Source: Alphaproteobacteria bacterium
GTDB lineage: Bacteria > Pseudomonadota > Alphaproteobacteria > GCA-2731375
Assembly (NCBI GenBank): GCA_965232515.1
Contig: CBDDPY010000002.1
Coordinates: 6,016,001 to 6,080,000, forward strand
Direction: 5' to 3'
Length of the DNA stretch: 64,000 nt
Shown: piece by piece, positions 48,928-59,355 of the stretch
Position numbering within the stretch: the stretch's first letter is position 1
How the letters are laid out: each line of letters begins with the position of its first letter
Made by a program: the position numbers and the translations under genes
The notes under the pieces: model-generated
Database searches by the model: none
Seen by the model: the letters and a program-made list of their open reading frames with translations, nothing else
Told to the model about the DNA's origin: nothing

Positions 48928-50517
48928 CTATTGCACCTGTTCCTTGGTGGCCAGGAGCTTGATATCGGGCCAGTCCTTGGCGGTGCTGTCGAGGTGCCAG
49001 CCGTTGCGGGCGAGGAAGACCATCTCGCCGGCGTGATCTTCCGCTAGAGCGGCACGGTTGGCGTCGCTGAATTTCTTGAGCGCCACTTTGTCCGGCGCCT
49101 CGACCCAACGGGCGGTGTGCAGCGAGGTCGGCTCGAAGCGGACGGGGATGTCGTATTCCGTGCGGATGCGGTCGGCGAGCACGTCGAACTGGAGCGCGCC
49201 GACGACGCCGACGATCCAGTCCGTGCCGATCGTCGGTTTGAACACCGACGCCGCGCCCTCCTCGGCCAGTTGCTGTAGCGCGCGGCCGAGATGCTTTGCC
49301 CGCATCGGGTCTTCCGGCCGGACGTTCTGCAGCAGCTCGGGCGCGAAGCTGGGGATGCCGGTGAAGCGGATCTCCTGGCCCTCGGTCAGCGTGTCGCCGA
49401 TGCTGAGATTGCCGTGGTTCGGGATGCCGATGATGTCGCCGGCCCAGGCTTCCTCGGCGATTTCACGGTCCTGAGCCAGGAACAGCACGGGATTGTGCAC
49501 GTTCAGCATCTTGCCGCTGCGCACGTGGCGCATCTTCATGCCGCGCTTGAAATGGCCCGAGCAGAGCCGCATGAAGGCGATACGGTCGCGGTGCTTGGGG
49601 TCCATGTTCGCCTGGATCTTGAAGATAAAGCCGCTGACCTTGCCGTCGCCCGGCTCGATCGCGCCGTTGAGCGTCGGCTGCGGCCTGGGCGGCGGGGCCA
49701 GCTCGGCGAGGCCCATGAGCAATTCGCGCACGCCGAAGTTGTTCAACGCGCTGCCGAAATAGACCGGCGTCAGGTGGCCTTCGCGGTAGGACTGGAGATC
49801 GAATTCGGGACAGAGGCCGCGCGCCATCTCGACCTCCTCGCGAAGCTGCGCCACGGCATGCTCGGGCAGCAGCTCGTCGAGCTTGGGATCGTCCAGGCCG
49901 CGGCATTCGATGCCCTCGTCGACGGCGCCGTTCTTGCCGCGTTCGACCAGGATCAGCCGGTCGCGGAACAGGTCGTAGCAGCCGAGGAAATTCCGGCCCA
50001 TGCCGATGGGCCAGCTCGCCGGCGTGACGTCCAGCGCCAGCGACTGCTCGATCTCGTCCAGCAGGTCGAAGGGATCGCGCGCCTCGCGGTCGAGCTTGTT
50101 GACGAAGGTGATGATCGGCACGTCCCGGAGGCGGCAGACCTCGAACAGCTTGCGGGTCTGGCTCTGGATGCCGCGGGCGGCGTCCAGCACCATCACCGCC
50201 GAGTCGACGGCGGTCAGCGTGCGGTAGGTGTCCTCGCTGAAATCCTCGTGGCCCGGTGTGTCCAGCAGATTGAAGGTGCGGCCGGCATAGTCGTAGGTCA
50301 TGACCGAGGAGGCGACGGAAATGCCGCGCTCGCGCTCGACCTTCATCCAGTCGGAATGCGCGCGCCGCTGCTCGCCGCGGGCCTTGACGGCGCCGGCAGC
50401 CTGAATGGCGCCGCCGAACAGCAGCAGCTTCTCGGTCAGCGTCGTCTTGCCGGCATCCGGGTGCGAGATGATCGCGAAGGTGCGCCGGCGCGCGACGGCG
50501 TTGGTCAAATCAGACAT
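48928..50517 (-). CDS. prfC: Peptide chain release factor 3
   Basis: RRTFAIISHPDAGKTT, DTPGHEDFSEDTYR, NKLD, QANMDPKHRDR. Confidence 0.97.
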   Translation of the reverse strand: MSDLTNAVARRRTFAIISHPDAGKTTLTEKLLLFGGAIQAAGAVKARGEQRRAHSDWMKVERERGISVASSVMTYDYAGRTFNLLDTPGHEDFSEDTYRTLTAVDSAVMVLDAARGIQSQTRKLFEVCRLRDVPIITFVNKLDREARDPFDLLDEIEQSLALDVTPASWPIGMGRNFLGCYDLFRDRLILVERGKNGAVDEGIECRGLDDPKLDELLPEHAVAQLREEVEMARGLCPEFDLQSYREGHLTPVYFGSALNNFGVRELLMGLAELAPPPRPQPTLNGAIEPGDGKVSGFIFKIQANMDPKHRDRIAFMRLCSGHFKRGMKMRHVRSGKMLNVHNPVLFLAQDREIAEEAWAGDIIGIPNHGNLSIGDTLTEGQEIRFTGIPSFAPELLQNVRPEDPMRAKHLGRALQQLAEEGAASVFKPTIGTDWIVGVVGALQFDVLADRIRTEYDIPVRFEPTSLHTARWVEAPDKVALKKFSDANRAALAEDHAGEMVFLARNGWHLDSTAKDWPDIKLLATKEQVQ

Positions 50518-50600
50518 CGTTCAGGTCTGTTACGTTGGCCGGCCGCAACCTAGCGGCTTTTACGGCTTATACCAATCGGTGATGCCGTACACCGACATCG

Positions 50601-50705
50601 CATGTTTCGAGACGGGCCCTTCGGGCCCTCCTCAACATGAGGTAAGAGACTGATATTGAACACAAACCTCACCCTGAGGAGGCCGCGCAGCGGCCGTCTC
50701 GAAGG
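50601..50705. repeat. Cruciform intergenic repeat, copy 2
   Basis: TTCGAGAC-GGGCCCttcGGGCCC-TCCTCAACATGAGG...CCTCACCCTGAGGA-GGCCGCgcaGCGGCC-GTCTCGAAG. Confidence 0.85.
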
Positions 50706-50711
50706 GGCGGC

Positions 50712-51815
50712 TTAATCAAGCGCCGCCATGACCCGGGTCAGCAGGCCGGCGATGGCGGCGTCCTGGATCCAGCGGGCGACCACGACCAGCCTGGACGGCG
50801 CGTGCAGCCAGACGATGCTATTGCCGGCGCCGACGGCGGAGACGCTGTCGGCCGGCACGCGCGCCCAGTTCGCCTGATCGGTGTTCAACCACCAGAGATA
50901 GCCGTAGATGGGGTTGGTCTCGGCCGGCGTCAACATCTCGTCGATCCAGGCCGGATCCAGGATCTGCCGGTCGCCCCAGCGGCCGCCGTCGGCGATCAGC
51001 AGGCCCATGCGCGCATGGTCGCGCGAGCCGATCCACATGCCGCCGCCCCAATGCGCGCCGCCGGAGACCGACTGCATGCGCCTGCCGTCGATCTCGACCC
51101 AGGAGTTGCGGTAGCCGTGCCATTCCCAGGCGTCGGACGCGCCGATCAGGTCCATGACGCGGTCCTTCAGGACCTCGGGCAGCGGCCGGCGGAAGACCTG
51201 CATCAGCGACAGGCTGAGCCGGTTCACGCGGACGTCGTTGTATTCCCAGTAGGTGCCCGGCGGTTGCAGATCGCGGTGCGTGCCCTTCTGGGCGTTGGAT
51301 TTGCCGGGGCCGACCTGGCGGTGACGGTCGACCTGGTCGGGCTTGTCCCAGAGCGTGCCTTCCCACTCGCTGGTCTGCTGCAGCAAGTGCCGCCAGGTGA
51401 TGGCGCCGTTGTGTTCGCTGTCGAAACCGTCATCGAGCGCATAGTCGCGGACCGGGTCGTCGACGCTGCGGATCAGGCCGTCGGCCACCGCAATGCCGGC
51501 CAGGATCGCGAGATAGCTCTTCGTGACCGAGAACGTCAGGTCAGTGCGGGCCGTATCGCCCCATTCGGCGACGATGCAGCCGTCGCGCAGGATCAGGCCG
51601 TTCGGTCCGCCGCGCGGCTTGGTGGGGCCGAGGATCTCGTTCCACGGCGCCGGCTCGAAGGCGCCCTTGGCGATCTGCTCGGCGAGGTCGCGCGACCATT
51701 CGGTCTCGTGGTCCTCGGCGAATTTAGTGGCCTCGGCCAGCCGGTTGGCGTCCATGCCGGCGGCGGCCGGCGTCATGCGTTCCCAATCGTTGCCGGGCGG
51801 CGGCACGTAGGTCAT
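50712..51815 (-). CDS. Serine hydrolase (beta-lactamase class C/NylB-like)
   Basis: FSVTKS (SxxK), WEYND, YGYLWW. Confidence 0.88.
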   Translation of the reverse strand: MTYVPPPGNDWERMTPAAAGMDANRLAEATKFAEDHETEWSRDLAEQIAKGAFEPAPWNEILGPTKPRGGPNGLILRDGCIVAEWGDTARTDLTFSVTKSYLAILAGIAVADGLIRSVDDPVRDYALDDGFDSEHNGAITWRHLLQQTSEWEGTLWDKPDQVDRHRQVGPGKSNAQKGTHRDLQPPGTYWEYNDVRVNRLSLSLMQVFRRPLPEVLKDRVMDLIGASDAWEWHGYRNSWVEIDGRRMQSVSGGAHWGGGMWIGSRDHARMGLLIADGGRWGDRQILDPAWIDEMLTPAETNPIYGYLWWLNTDQANWARVPADSVSAVGAGNSIVWLHAPSRLVVVARWIQDAAIAGLLTRVMAALD

Positions 51816-51824
51816 CGGACAATC

Positions 51825-52937
51825 CTATTCCGCGGCCCGGCGGTGCGCGAAGGCCTGGGGCCAGCGCGCGGGATGGCAGCGGGCGTATTGCGGCGCGTAT
51901 TCGGTATCGGCGCCCAACGCCTCGGCCGCGTGCCAGGCCCAACGCGGATTCCACATCATGCCGCGCGCCAGCATGACGAAATCGGCCTGACCTTCGGCGA
52001 TGATCTCGTTAGCCTGCTGCGGCTCGGTGATCATGCCGACCGCCATGGTGGTGATCTCGGCTTCGGCCTTGACCTTGGCGGCGAACGGCACCTGATAGCC
52101 CGGTCCGATCGGGATCTGCTGGCGTGGATCGAGGCCGCTGGTGGTGAGGTCCATGAAGTCACAGCCGAGCTTCTTCAGCTCCCGGGCGAACATCACCGTC
52201 TCCTCGGGCGTCCAGCCGCCGTCCACCCAGTCGGTCGCCGAGACGCGGACACCGAGCGGCTTGTCCGCCGGCCAGGCGGCGCGCACGGCGGCGAAGCATT
52301 CGAGCGGAAAGCGCATGCGGTTTTCCAGGCTGCCGCCGTAGTCGTCCTCGCGCCGGTTGCTGATCGGCGACAGGAACTGGTGCAGCAGGTAGCCGTGGCC
52401 CGCATGGAACTCGATCAGATCGAAGCCGATGCGGATGGCGCGTGTCGTGGCGTCGACGAACTGCTGCTTGACCTCGTCCAGACCGTCGCGGTCGAGCGCC
52501 TTGGGCGTGTGCCAGCCGTCTGCATACGGCAGCGCGGAGGGCGCCACGGTCTCCCAGGGGTCTTCGCCCGGACCCAGCGGCTTTCCCCCGGCGCCCGGCG
52601 GATGGGTCGATCCCTTGCGGCCGGCATGCGCCAACTGGATGCCCATGGCGGCGACGCCGTGGGTCTTGCAGAAGTCGATCACCCGCTTGAGCGTCGATTC
52701 ATTCTCGTCGGAATAGAGGCCGAGGCATTTGTGCGTGATCCGGCCAACGGGCGAGACGTGCGTCGCCTCGGTGATCACCAGGCCGGCGGCACCCATGGCG
52801 AACTGGCCGAGATGCATCAGGTGCCAGTCGTTGGCCGAGCCGTGTTCGCTGATGTACTGGCACATGGGCGAGACGACGACGCGGTTCGGCAGGCCGAGCC
52901 CGCGCATTTCGTAGGACGTGAACAACGGTACGCTCAT
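51825..52937 (-). CDS. NADH:flavin oxidoreductase (old yellow enzyme, YqjM-like)
   Basis: NRVVVSPMCQY, QLAHAGRKGS, HAGHGYLLHQF. Confidence 0.93.
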   Translation of the reverse strand: MSVPLFTSYEMRGLGLPNRVVVSPMCQYISEHGSANDWHLMHLGQFAMGAAGLVITEATHVSPVGRITHKCLGLYSDENESTLKRVIDFCKTHGVAAMGIQLAHAGRKGSTHPPGAGGKPLGPGEDPWETVAPSALPYADGWHTPKALDRDGLDEVKQQFVDATTRAIRIGFDLIEFHAGHGYLLHQFLSPISNRREDDYGGSLENRMRFPLECFAAVRAAWPADKPLGVRVSATDWVDGGWTPEETVMFARELKKLGCDFMDLTTSGLDPRQQIPIGPGYQVPFAAKVKAEAEITTMAVGMITEPQQANEIIAEGQADFVMLARGMMWNPRWAWHAAEALGADTEYAPQYARCHPARWPQAFAHRRAAE

Positions 52938-53020
52938 GGCGCGGATATCCCTGGTGCGGTTCGGGAAAACGGCGGAAGTGGCGATCTTATAGCAAACGGT
53001 AGACGCGGAAACCGATATCG

Positions 53021-53123
53021 CATGCTTCGAGACGCGGCTTCGCCGCTCCTCAGCATGAGGTAAGGTATTGATATCAATATATAACCTCATCCTGAGGAGG
53101 CCCGCAGGGCCGTCTCGAAGGAT
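53021..53123. repeat. Cruciform intergenic repeat, copy 3
   Basis: CTTCGAGAC-GCGGCttcGCCGC-TCCTCAGCATGAGG...CCTCATCCTGAGGA-GGCCCgcaGGGCC-GTCTCGAAG. Confidence 0.85.
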
Positions 53124-53137
53124 TGGCCATCATGTGC

Positions 53138-54133
53138 CTAGTCGCGGCCGGTGGTGAGCACCACCTTGCCGACGACCTGGCCCTGTTTGATGACGTCGAG
53201 GGCGTCGGCGAAGCGTTCGAGCGGGTAGGTCGCCATCACGTGCGGGCGGATCTTGCCCTGTTCGTAAAGGTCGAACATCTCGGCCTGGGCCCGCGCCACG
53301 GCCTCGGGCGTGCGCTCGCGGTAGTCGGACCAGTGGCAGCCGGTGGCGGTCAGGTTCTTGACCAGGAGATAGTTTGCCTTGACCTCGGGGATGCGGCCGG
53401 CGGCGAAGCCGATGATGACGATCCGGCCGGACCAGGCCAGCGCACGTAGCGCCGCGTCGAAGACGTCGCCGCCGACGGGATCGATGACGATGTCGGCGCC
53501 GTGGCCGTCCGTGGCCTCGCGGACCTGCCGGCGCAGGGAGTCGCGCAGATCGTCGGCGGCGAGGTCGATGATGTGGTCGGCGCCGGCCTGGCGCACGGCG
53601 TCCGCCTTGGCCGGGTTGGTGATGCCGGCGAGCGCGACGCCGCCGAGCGCCTTCACCAGACTGATGGCGGCGATGCCGACGCCGCCGCTGGCGCCGGTCA
53701 CCAGCACGCTCTCGCCCGGTTGGAAGCGGCCGCGCTCGATGAGCGCGAAGTGCGCGGTCTGGTAGGTCAGGCCCATGGCTGCGGCATCCACAAAGCTGAT
53801 GGACGGCGTCATGGGATAGGTGTGCGCCGCCGGCGCGACGATCTGCTCGGCATAGCCGCCGTATTCGAGCTGCGCGGTGACGCGGTCACCGGGCTTGAAG
53901 TTGTCGACGTCGCTCCCGACCGCGGCAATCACGCCGGCGACTTGCTTGCCCGGCGAGAACGGTGCCGGCGGCAGGATCTGGTAAGTGCCGCCGATCACCA
54001 GCAGATCCGGATAGTTCACGTCGATGGCGTGCACGTCGATCAGCACCTCCCGGGCGCCCGGTTCCGGCGTCGGCAGGTCCTTGATGACACAGCTTTCGGG
54101 CGGGCCGTGCCGCTCGACAACGACAGCGCGCAT
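53138..54133 (-). CDS. NADPH:quinone oxidoreductase (MDR family)
   Basis: VNYPD, GTYQ, TGASGGVG, DPVGG, GFAAG; true start lies inside the long ORF. Confidence 0.9.
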   Translation of the reverse strand: MRAVVVERHGPPESCVIKDLPTPEPGAREVLIDVHAIDVNYPDLLVIGGTYQILPPAPFSPGKQVAGVIAAVGSDVDNFKPGDRVTAQLEYGGYAEQIVAPAAHTYPMTPSISFVDAAAMGLTYQTAHFALIERGRFQPGESVLVTGASGGVGIAAISLVKALGGVALAGITNPAKADAVRQAGADHIIDLAADDLRDSLRRQVREATDGHGADIVIDPVGGDVFDAALRALAWSGRIVIIGFAAGRIPEVKANYLLVKNLTATGCHWSDYRERTPEAVARAQAEMFDLYEQGKIRPHVMATYPLERFADALDVIKQGQVVGKVVLTTGRD

Positions 54134-54138
54134 GCCGG

Positions 54139-55305
54139 CTAGCGCTCGATGAAGCTGCGGCCGATGAGCTGGCGGTGCACCTGGTTGGTGCCTTCCCAGA
54201 TCTGGCAGATCTTGGCGTCGCGCATCAGCCGCTCGACCCGGTAGTCCGCGCAGTAGCCATAGCCGCCGTGGAGCTGCACGGCGTCGGTGGCGATACGCAT
54301 GGCGAGGTCCGCCGCACGCATCTTCAGCATCGAGGCCTCGATGTTCACGTCTGTTTCGCCGCCGTCGATCATGCCGGCGACGCGCCAGAGCCAGCTTTCG
54401 CACATGGCGAGGTCCGTCGCCATGTCGGCGAGCATGAACTGGATGCCCTGGAACTCGATGATCGTACGGCCGGACTGCCGGCGCTCGTTGATATAGCCGA
54501 CGGCGTCCTCGAAGGCGGCGCGTGCAATGCCGAGCGCCTGGGCCGCGACGGACGGACGCGACTTGTTGAGCGCCGCGAAAAGGATCTTCAGGCCGTCGCC
54601 CGGCGCGCCGATCAGGTTCGCGCGCGGCACCCGGCAATTGTCGAATGAGAGCGCGGCGGTCGACGAGGCGCGCACGCCCATCTTTTCCTCTTTGCGCAGC
54701 ACATTCAGGCCCTCGGTGCCTTTCTCCATGGCCAGCACCGAGATCGCGCCGCGGTCGTCGTCGATCTCGGACCACTTGCCGAAGACCAGCAAAACGTCGG
54801 CGACGTCGCCGTTGGTGATGAAGGTCTTGCCGCCCGTAACGACGATCCCGTCGCCATCGGGGGTGAACTTGGTCTTCATGCCGGTGGCGTCCGAGCCGGC
54901 GGACGGCTCGGTGATGCAGAGCGAGGCGAGGCCGCCCTCGGCGATGACGGGCAGCAGGCGCCGCTTCTGTTCCTCGCTGCCGAAGTCGATCACCGGCTTG
55001 ATGCCGTGAAACGTCGTCGACCAGATGATGCCGGTTGCTGCGCAGGCCTTGGAGATCTCGCGCACGCATTCGAGATAGACGGCGTAGGACAGGCCGACGC
55101 CGCCATAGTCCTCGGGGATGAACAGGCTGTTCAGCGCCAGTTCGTTAATGTCGTTGACATTGTCCCAGGGGAATTCGGCCGAGCGATCGTAGGCCTCGGC
55201 CCGGGGCGCGATCCGGTCCCGGCACATCGCCCGCACGGCGTCCAGCAGCAGACTTTCCTCGTCATCGAACGGCGGCGAGGCGTCGAGGCGGTGAAACACT
55301 TTCAT
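54139..55305 (-). CDS. Acyl-CoA dehydrogenase
   Basis: TEPSAGSD, GGKTFITN, KMG, HGGYGY, QIWEGTNQ. Confidence 0.94.
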   Translation of the reverse strand: MKVFHRLDASPPFDDEESLLLDAVRAMCRDRIAPRAEAYDRSAEFPWDNVNDINELALNSLFIPEDYGGVGLSYAVYLECVREISKACAATGIIWSTTFHGIKPVIDFGSEEQKRRLLPVIAEGGLASLCITEPSAGSDATGMKTKFTPDGDGIVVTGGKTFITNGDVADVLLVFGKWSEIDDDRGAISVLAMEKGTEGLNVLRKEEKMGVRASSTAALSFDNCRVPRANLIGAPGDGLKILFAALNKSRPSVAAQALGIARAAFEDAVGYINERRQSGRTIIEFQGIQFMLADMATDLAMCESWLWRVAGMIDGGETDVNIEASMLKMRAADLAMRIATDAVQLHGGYGYCADYRVERLMRDAKICQIWEGTNQVHRQLIGRSFIER

Positions 55306-55315
55306 GTACGGCTCC

Positions 55316-56062
55316 TCAGTGCGCGATGCCCTGTCCGCCATCGATATAGATCGTTTCGCCGGTCAGGAACGGCAGATCTTCCGACAACAGCATGGCGATC
55401 AGGCGGGCGATCTCTTCCGGTTCGCAGGGGCCGCCGGTCGGAATGCGCTGTTCCAGAAACGTCCGCATCTTGTCCTGCGCCAGATGTTCCTTGTTCAGGT
55501 CGGTGGCGACGAAGCCGGGCGCGACGCAGAGCACGCGGATGCGTTTTTTCGCCCATTCGACGGCGAGGCTACGGGTGAGGGCGTCGATCGCCGCCTTGGA
55601 GGCCGTGTAGGCGAGCGCGGACTTGGTGCCGAGCTTGCCGAAAAACGAGCCCAGGTTGACGATGGTGCCGCCGCCGGCGGCAACTAGGTGCGGGTAGGCC
55701 TCGCGGCACATGACGAACGGGCCGGTGACGTTCGTCGCCAGCACGCGCTCGAAGTCGGCGGTGGCGACCTCGTGGCTCCGGCCCTCGAGGTAGAGGCCGG
55801 CATTGTTGACGAGGCCGTCGATGCGGCCGGCCTTGTCGGCGAGCGTTTGCAGCGCGGTTCTGACCTGGGTCTCGTCGGTGACGTCGCAAGCAATGTCGAT
55901 GCAGCGCGCCGCCAGCGCCGACGGCAGGGTCTTGTTTTCCGGCCCGACGCCCTTGCGGCTGAAGCAGCCGACCGTGAAGCCGCGCCGCGCCAGTTCCACG
56001 ACGATGCACGAGCCGATGCCCCGGCTGGCGCCGGTGACGGCGATGACGGCTTCCTCGGCCAC
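55316..56062 (-). CDS. SDR family oxidoreductase
   Basis: TGASRGIG, NNAG, YTASK. Confidence 0.93.
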   Translation of the reverse strand: MAEEAVIAVTGASRGIGSCIVVELARRGFTVGCFSRKGVGPENKTLPSALAARCIDIACDVTDETQVRTALQTLADKAGRIDGLVNNAGLYLEGRSHEVATADFERVLATNVTGPFVMCREAYPHLVAAGGGTIVNLGSFFGKLGTKSALAYTASKAAIDALTRSLAVEWAKKRIRVLCVAPGFVATDLNKEHLAQDKMRTFLEQRIPTGGPCEPEEIARLIAMLLSEDLPFLTGETIYIDGGQGIAH

Positions 56063-56063
56063 C

Positions 56064-56831
56064 TCAGCGGTCCTTGAACGCGGGCTTGCGCTTCTCCAGG
56101 AAGGCCGACGTGCCTTCCATGGCGTCCTCGGTGCGGAACGACAGCGTGTTGAGGTCGGCCTCGACGCGCAGGCCTTCGGTCAGCGTCGTTGTCGCGGCGC
56201 GCTGCACGGCCTCGCGGGCGAGGCGCAGCGCCGGCAGGCCGAAGCCCGAGAATTCGCGCGCGTAGGCGATGCCGGCCTGCACCGGATCGCCCTCGACGAC
56301 GCGGTTGATCAGGCCGATCTGCAGGGCTTCCTCGGTATCGACCATGCGGCCGGTCATGACCATGTCCAGGGCCCGGCCTTCGCCGACGAGACGCGGCAGG
56401 CGCTGGGTGCCGCCATAACCCGGGATCAGGCCGAGCTTGATCTCCGGCAGCCCGAGCCTGGCGTTGGGCGTGGCGATGCGGAAGGTGCAGGCGAGCGCCA
56501 GCTCGAGACCGCCGCCCAGCGCATAGCCGTTGATCACGGCGACGGACGGGATCGCCAGGCGGTCGAGCTTGGCAAACGTTGCCTGGCCACGCTCGGCGCC
56601 GGCCTTCTCCTCGATGATGGTGCGGCCCATCAGCTCGCTGATATCGGCGCCGGCGCAGAACGCCTTTTCGCCGGCGCCGGTGAACAGCAGCGCGCGGGCG
56701 TCGCTTGCCTCGGCCTCGTCGATGGCGGCGCCGATCTCGCGCACAATCTCGAAGCTGAGCGCGTTCAGCGCTTCCGGCCGGTTCAGCGTGATGAGGGCGA
56801 ATTCCTCGACGCGGGTCAGTTCGACGGGCAC
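56064..56831 (-). CDS. Enoyl-CoA hydratase
   Basis: FCAGADI, GGGLE, PEIKLG (both catalytic Glu). Confidence 0.93.
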   Translation of the reverse strand: MPVELTRVEEFALITLNRPEALNALSFEIVREIGAAIDEAEASDARALLFTGAGEKAFCAGADISELMGRTIIEEKAGAERGQATFAKLDRLAIPSVAVINGYALGGGLELALACTFRIATPNARLGLPEIKLGLIPGYGGTQRLPRLVGEGRALDMVMTGRMVDTEEALQIGLINRVVEGDPVQAGIAYAREFSGFGLPALRLAREAVQRAATTTLTEGLRVEADLNTLSFRTEDAMEGTSAFLEKRKPAFKDR

Positions 56832-56847
56832 GGGTGTCTCCTTAGCA

Positions 56848-58509
56848 TCAGGCCTGCTTGGCGGGGTCGACGAAGCGCACCGGTTCCGGCGCGATGCGGC
56901 CGGACCGGGCCCAGTCGGCGAGCTCGCGCTTCAGGATCTTGCCGCTGGCTGTGAGCGGAAATTCGGGCAGGGCGATGAAGTATTCCGGCATATCGTATTT
57001 CGACAGGCCGGCCGCGAACAGGTGCCGCAGCACGTCGTCGGCCGCCGGCGCCGCCGGCGTATTGGCGATGATGGCGAGGCAGACCCGCTCGCCCAGCCGC
57101 TCGTCCGCCACGGCGAACGCGGCCGACTTGTCGATCTGAGGATGCGTCACGGCCAGGTCCTCGATGCGCGCCGGGTGGATGTTGTGGCCGCCACGGATGA
57201 TCAGGTCTTTCAGCCGTCCGACGATCTGCAGGCAGCCGTTCTCGTCGATACGGCCGAGATCGCCGCTCATGAACCATCCGCCGCGGTTAAAGGACTGCTC
57301 GGTGGCCGTCTGATTGTCGAAATAGCCCAGCATCAGGCAGGCCCCACGGCCGCCGATCTGGCCGACCTCGCCCGGCGGCAGTTCGACGTCGGGATCGGCC
57401 TGATCGAAGATCCGCACCTTGTAGTGACGGCCCGAGCGGCCGCAGGTGTTGACGATGGTCGCGGCGTCGTCGCTCGGCAGCGTGTACTGGTGCGAGGAGT
57501 TCTCGGTCATGCCATAGATGTTCTGCGGCGTGATGCCCTGGCGCAGGAACGCTTCCGCCGTGCTGGGCGGGATCGGCGCGCCGGCCATGTAGAAGATCTT
57601 GCATTCGCCGATGCGGTCTAGGCCGCGCGCGGACTGCTCGGCCAGCACGTCCATGGCGTGCGTCGGCACGCCCATAACATAGGTCGCGCCGGTCTCGATG
57701 ATCCAGTCGATCGGCTTCATGCCGGCCGGTGGATCGTTGACCACCAGCTCGCAGCCCGCGACCAGCCACTGGCCGACCGCGACCCAGGCGATATGGTGGC
57801 TGAGCGGGCTCAGGCTCAACAGCACGGTTTCGTGGTCGTGCCCCCAGTCTTCGACCATGGCGCGCGGATTGGCCAGCAGCGTGTTGTCGGAATGCATCAC
57901 GCCCTTGGGTAGGCCGGTGGTGCCGGAGGTGAAGGCGAGGTAGCAGACCTTGTCGGGATTGGCATCTACGGCCGCGTGAGGGGTGGCGGCGGTGTCCCCG
58001 TTCGGGAAATTTGCGCCGGCGTCACGTTCGCTCGGCAGTCGGAACACGCGGCGCATGGCGGGCAGACCGTCGGCCGGACCGAAGATGTCGCGGCTGCGGC
58101 CGTCGGCGCCATGACCGTCCTCGGCGATGAACGCCGTCGCGCCGATGCGGTCCAGCAGGCCGAGGATCTCGTCGACGGTGTAGTTCACGTGCAGCGATGG
58201 GTTGCAGACATAGCCGTTGCGGGCGCAGGCGAGGAAGGCGATCACCGCCTCGGCCCGGTTCGACAGCCAGATCGAAACCCTCTCGCCCTTGTCGACGCCG
58301 GCCGTGTGCAGCTCGGCGGCGACGGCGTCGGTCCAGCGTTTCACTTGTCCCCAGGTCAGCCGGCGCTCGCGGTCGTGCAGCGCCAGGGCGTTGGGCCGGG
58401 CTGCGGCCTGATCCGCCATGAGCGTATAGAACGTGTCGTCCCGCCAGAGACCGGCGTCGTAGTAGGCGCGGGCGGTCGCCGGATCGTGCGTCGTCAGCAG
58501 CGGCTTCAT
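56848..58509 (-). CDS. Acyl-CoA ligase (cyclohexanecarboxylate-CoA ligase-like)
   Basis: FTSGTTGLPKG, YGMTE, SGDLG, GR.KD.IIRGG, TASGKI. Confidence 0.88.
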   Translation of the reverse strand: MKPLLTTHDPATARAYYDAGLWRDDTFYTLMADQAAARPNALALHDRERRLTWGQVKRWTDAVAAELHTAGVDKGERVSIWLSNRAEAVIAFLACARNGYVCNPSLHVNYTVDEILGLLDRIGATAFIAEDGHGADGRSRDIFGPADGLPAMRRVFRLPSERDAGANFPNGDTAATPHAAVDANPDKVCYLAFTSGTTGLPKGVMHSDNTLLANPRAMVEDWGHDHETVLLSLSPLSHHIAWVAVGQWLVAGCELVVNDPPAGMKPIDWIIETGATYVMGVPTHAMDVLAEQSARGLDRIGECKIFYMAGAPIPPSTAEAFLRQGITPQNIYGMTENSSHQYTLPSDDAATIVNTCGRSGRHYKVRIFDQADPDVELPPGEVGQIGGRGACLMLGYFDNQTATEQSFNRGGWFMSGDLGRIDENGCLQIVGRLKDLIIRGGHNIHPARIEDLAVTHPQIDKSAAFAVADERLGERVCLAIIANTPAAPAADDVLRHLFAAGLSKYDMPEYFIALPEFPLTASGKILKRELADWARSGRIAPEPVRFVDPAKQA

Positions 58510-58524
58510 TGGTACCGGCGGGAT

Positions 58525-59304
58525 CTAGTGGCCGAAGGACGAAGGGTCCGGCTTGCGTCGTTCGCCGAAGGCCTCGCGCAATTCCTTCGATTCGTCGCTG
58601 TCGAGATAGGTGCGGAGCAGCATGTCGTGCGTCACGCGCGAGAGGCCGCCGACGCCGCCGTGGCGGGCGTTGAAGGCGCCCTTGATGGCGGCGAGCGCGA
58701 ACGAACCGCGCTCGGCGATCTCGAGCGCCCAGGTCCGGGTTTCCTCGGCCAGCTTGTCGTCCGGCACCACGCGGTTGATCAGGCCGATGCGCTCGGCCTC
58801 GGCGGCGGGCAGGCGCGGATTGCCGTACCACATCTCCTTGGCCTTCTTCTTGCCGATCAGGTCTTCGAGATACCAGGTGCCGTAGCCGGCATCGAAGCTG
58901 CCCATCATCGGCCCGACCTGGCGGAACACGGCGCTTTCCTTGGCGATGGTCAGGTCGCAGACGACCTGCAGCACGTTGCCGCCGCCGACGGCGAAGCCGT
59001 TAACCGACGCGATCACCGGTTTCTGCAGCTTGTCGATGGCCTCGTACATCTCCAGCGTCGGCAGCACGCCGGCATACATCAGCGTGTCGTCCAGGCCCTC
59101 CTTGCGGCCGCCTATGCAGAAGAAGCGGTCGCCGGCGCCGGTCAGCACGACGACTCGGGTGCGCGTCTCCTGCCGGATCGCCTCGATGCAGTCGCGGATC
59201 TCCAGGCACATCTTGGCCGTGAACATGTTGCCGTCGTCGGGCCGGTTCAGCGTGATGGTGCCGATGGGGCCGTCTTCTTCGTAAAGGATCTGCTCGTAGC
59301 TCAC
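58525..59304 (-). CDS. Crotonase-family BadI/MenB-like ring hydrolase
   Basis: FCIGG, AVGGGNVL, QVGPMMGSFDAGYG, GKKKAKEMWY. Confidence 0.85.
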   Translation of the reverse strand: MSYEQILYEEDGPIGTITLNRPDDGNMFTAKMCLEIRDCIEAIRQETRTRVVVLTGAGDRFFCIGGRKEGLDDTLMYAGVLPTLEMYEAIDKLQKPVIASVNGFAVGGGNVLQVVCDLTIAKESAVFRQVGPMMGSFDAGYGTWYLEDLIGKKKAKEMWYGNPRLPAAEAERIGLINRVVPDDKLAEETRTWALEIAERGSFALAAIKGAFNARHGGVGGLSRVTHDMLLRTYLDSDESKELREAFGERRKPDPSSFGH

Positions 59305-59355
59305 CGGAAAGGCACTCCCGTCGGAAATAGGATCTGACCCAAAGCTAACATGGCC

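Noticed and set aside
58525-59304. menB gene symbol
   Set aside because: No other men genes; context is beta-oxidation-like
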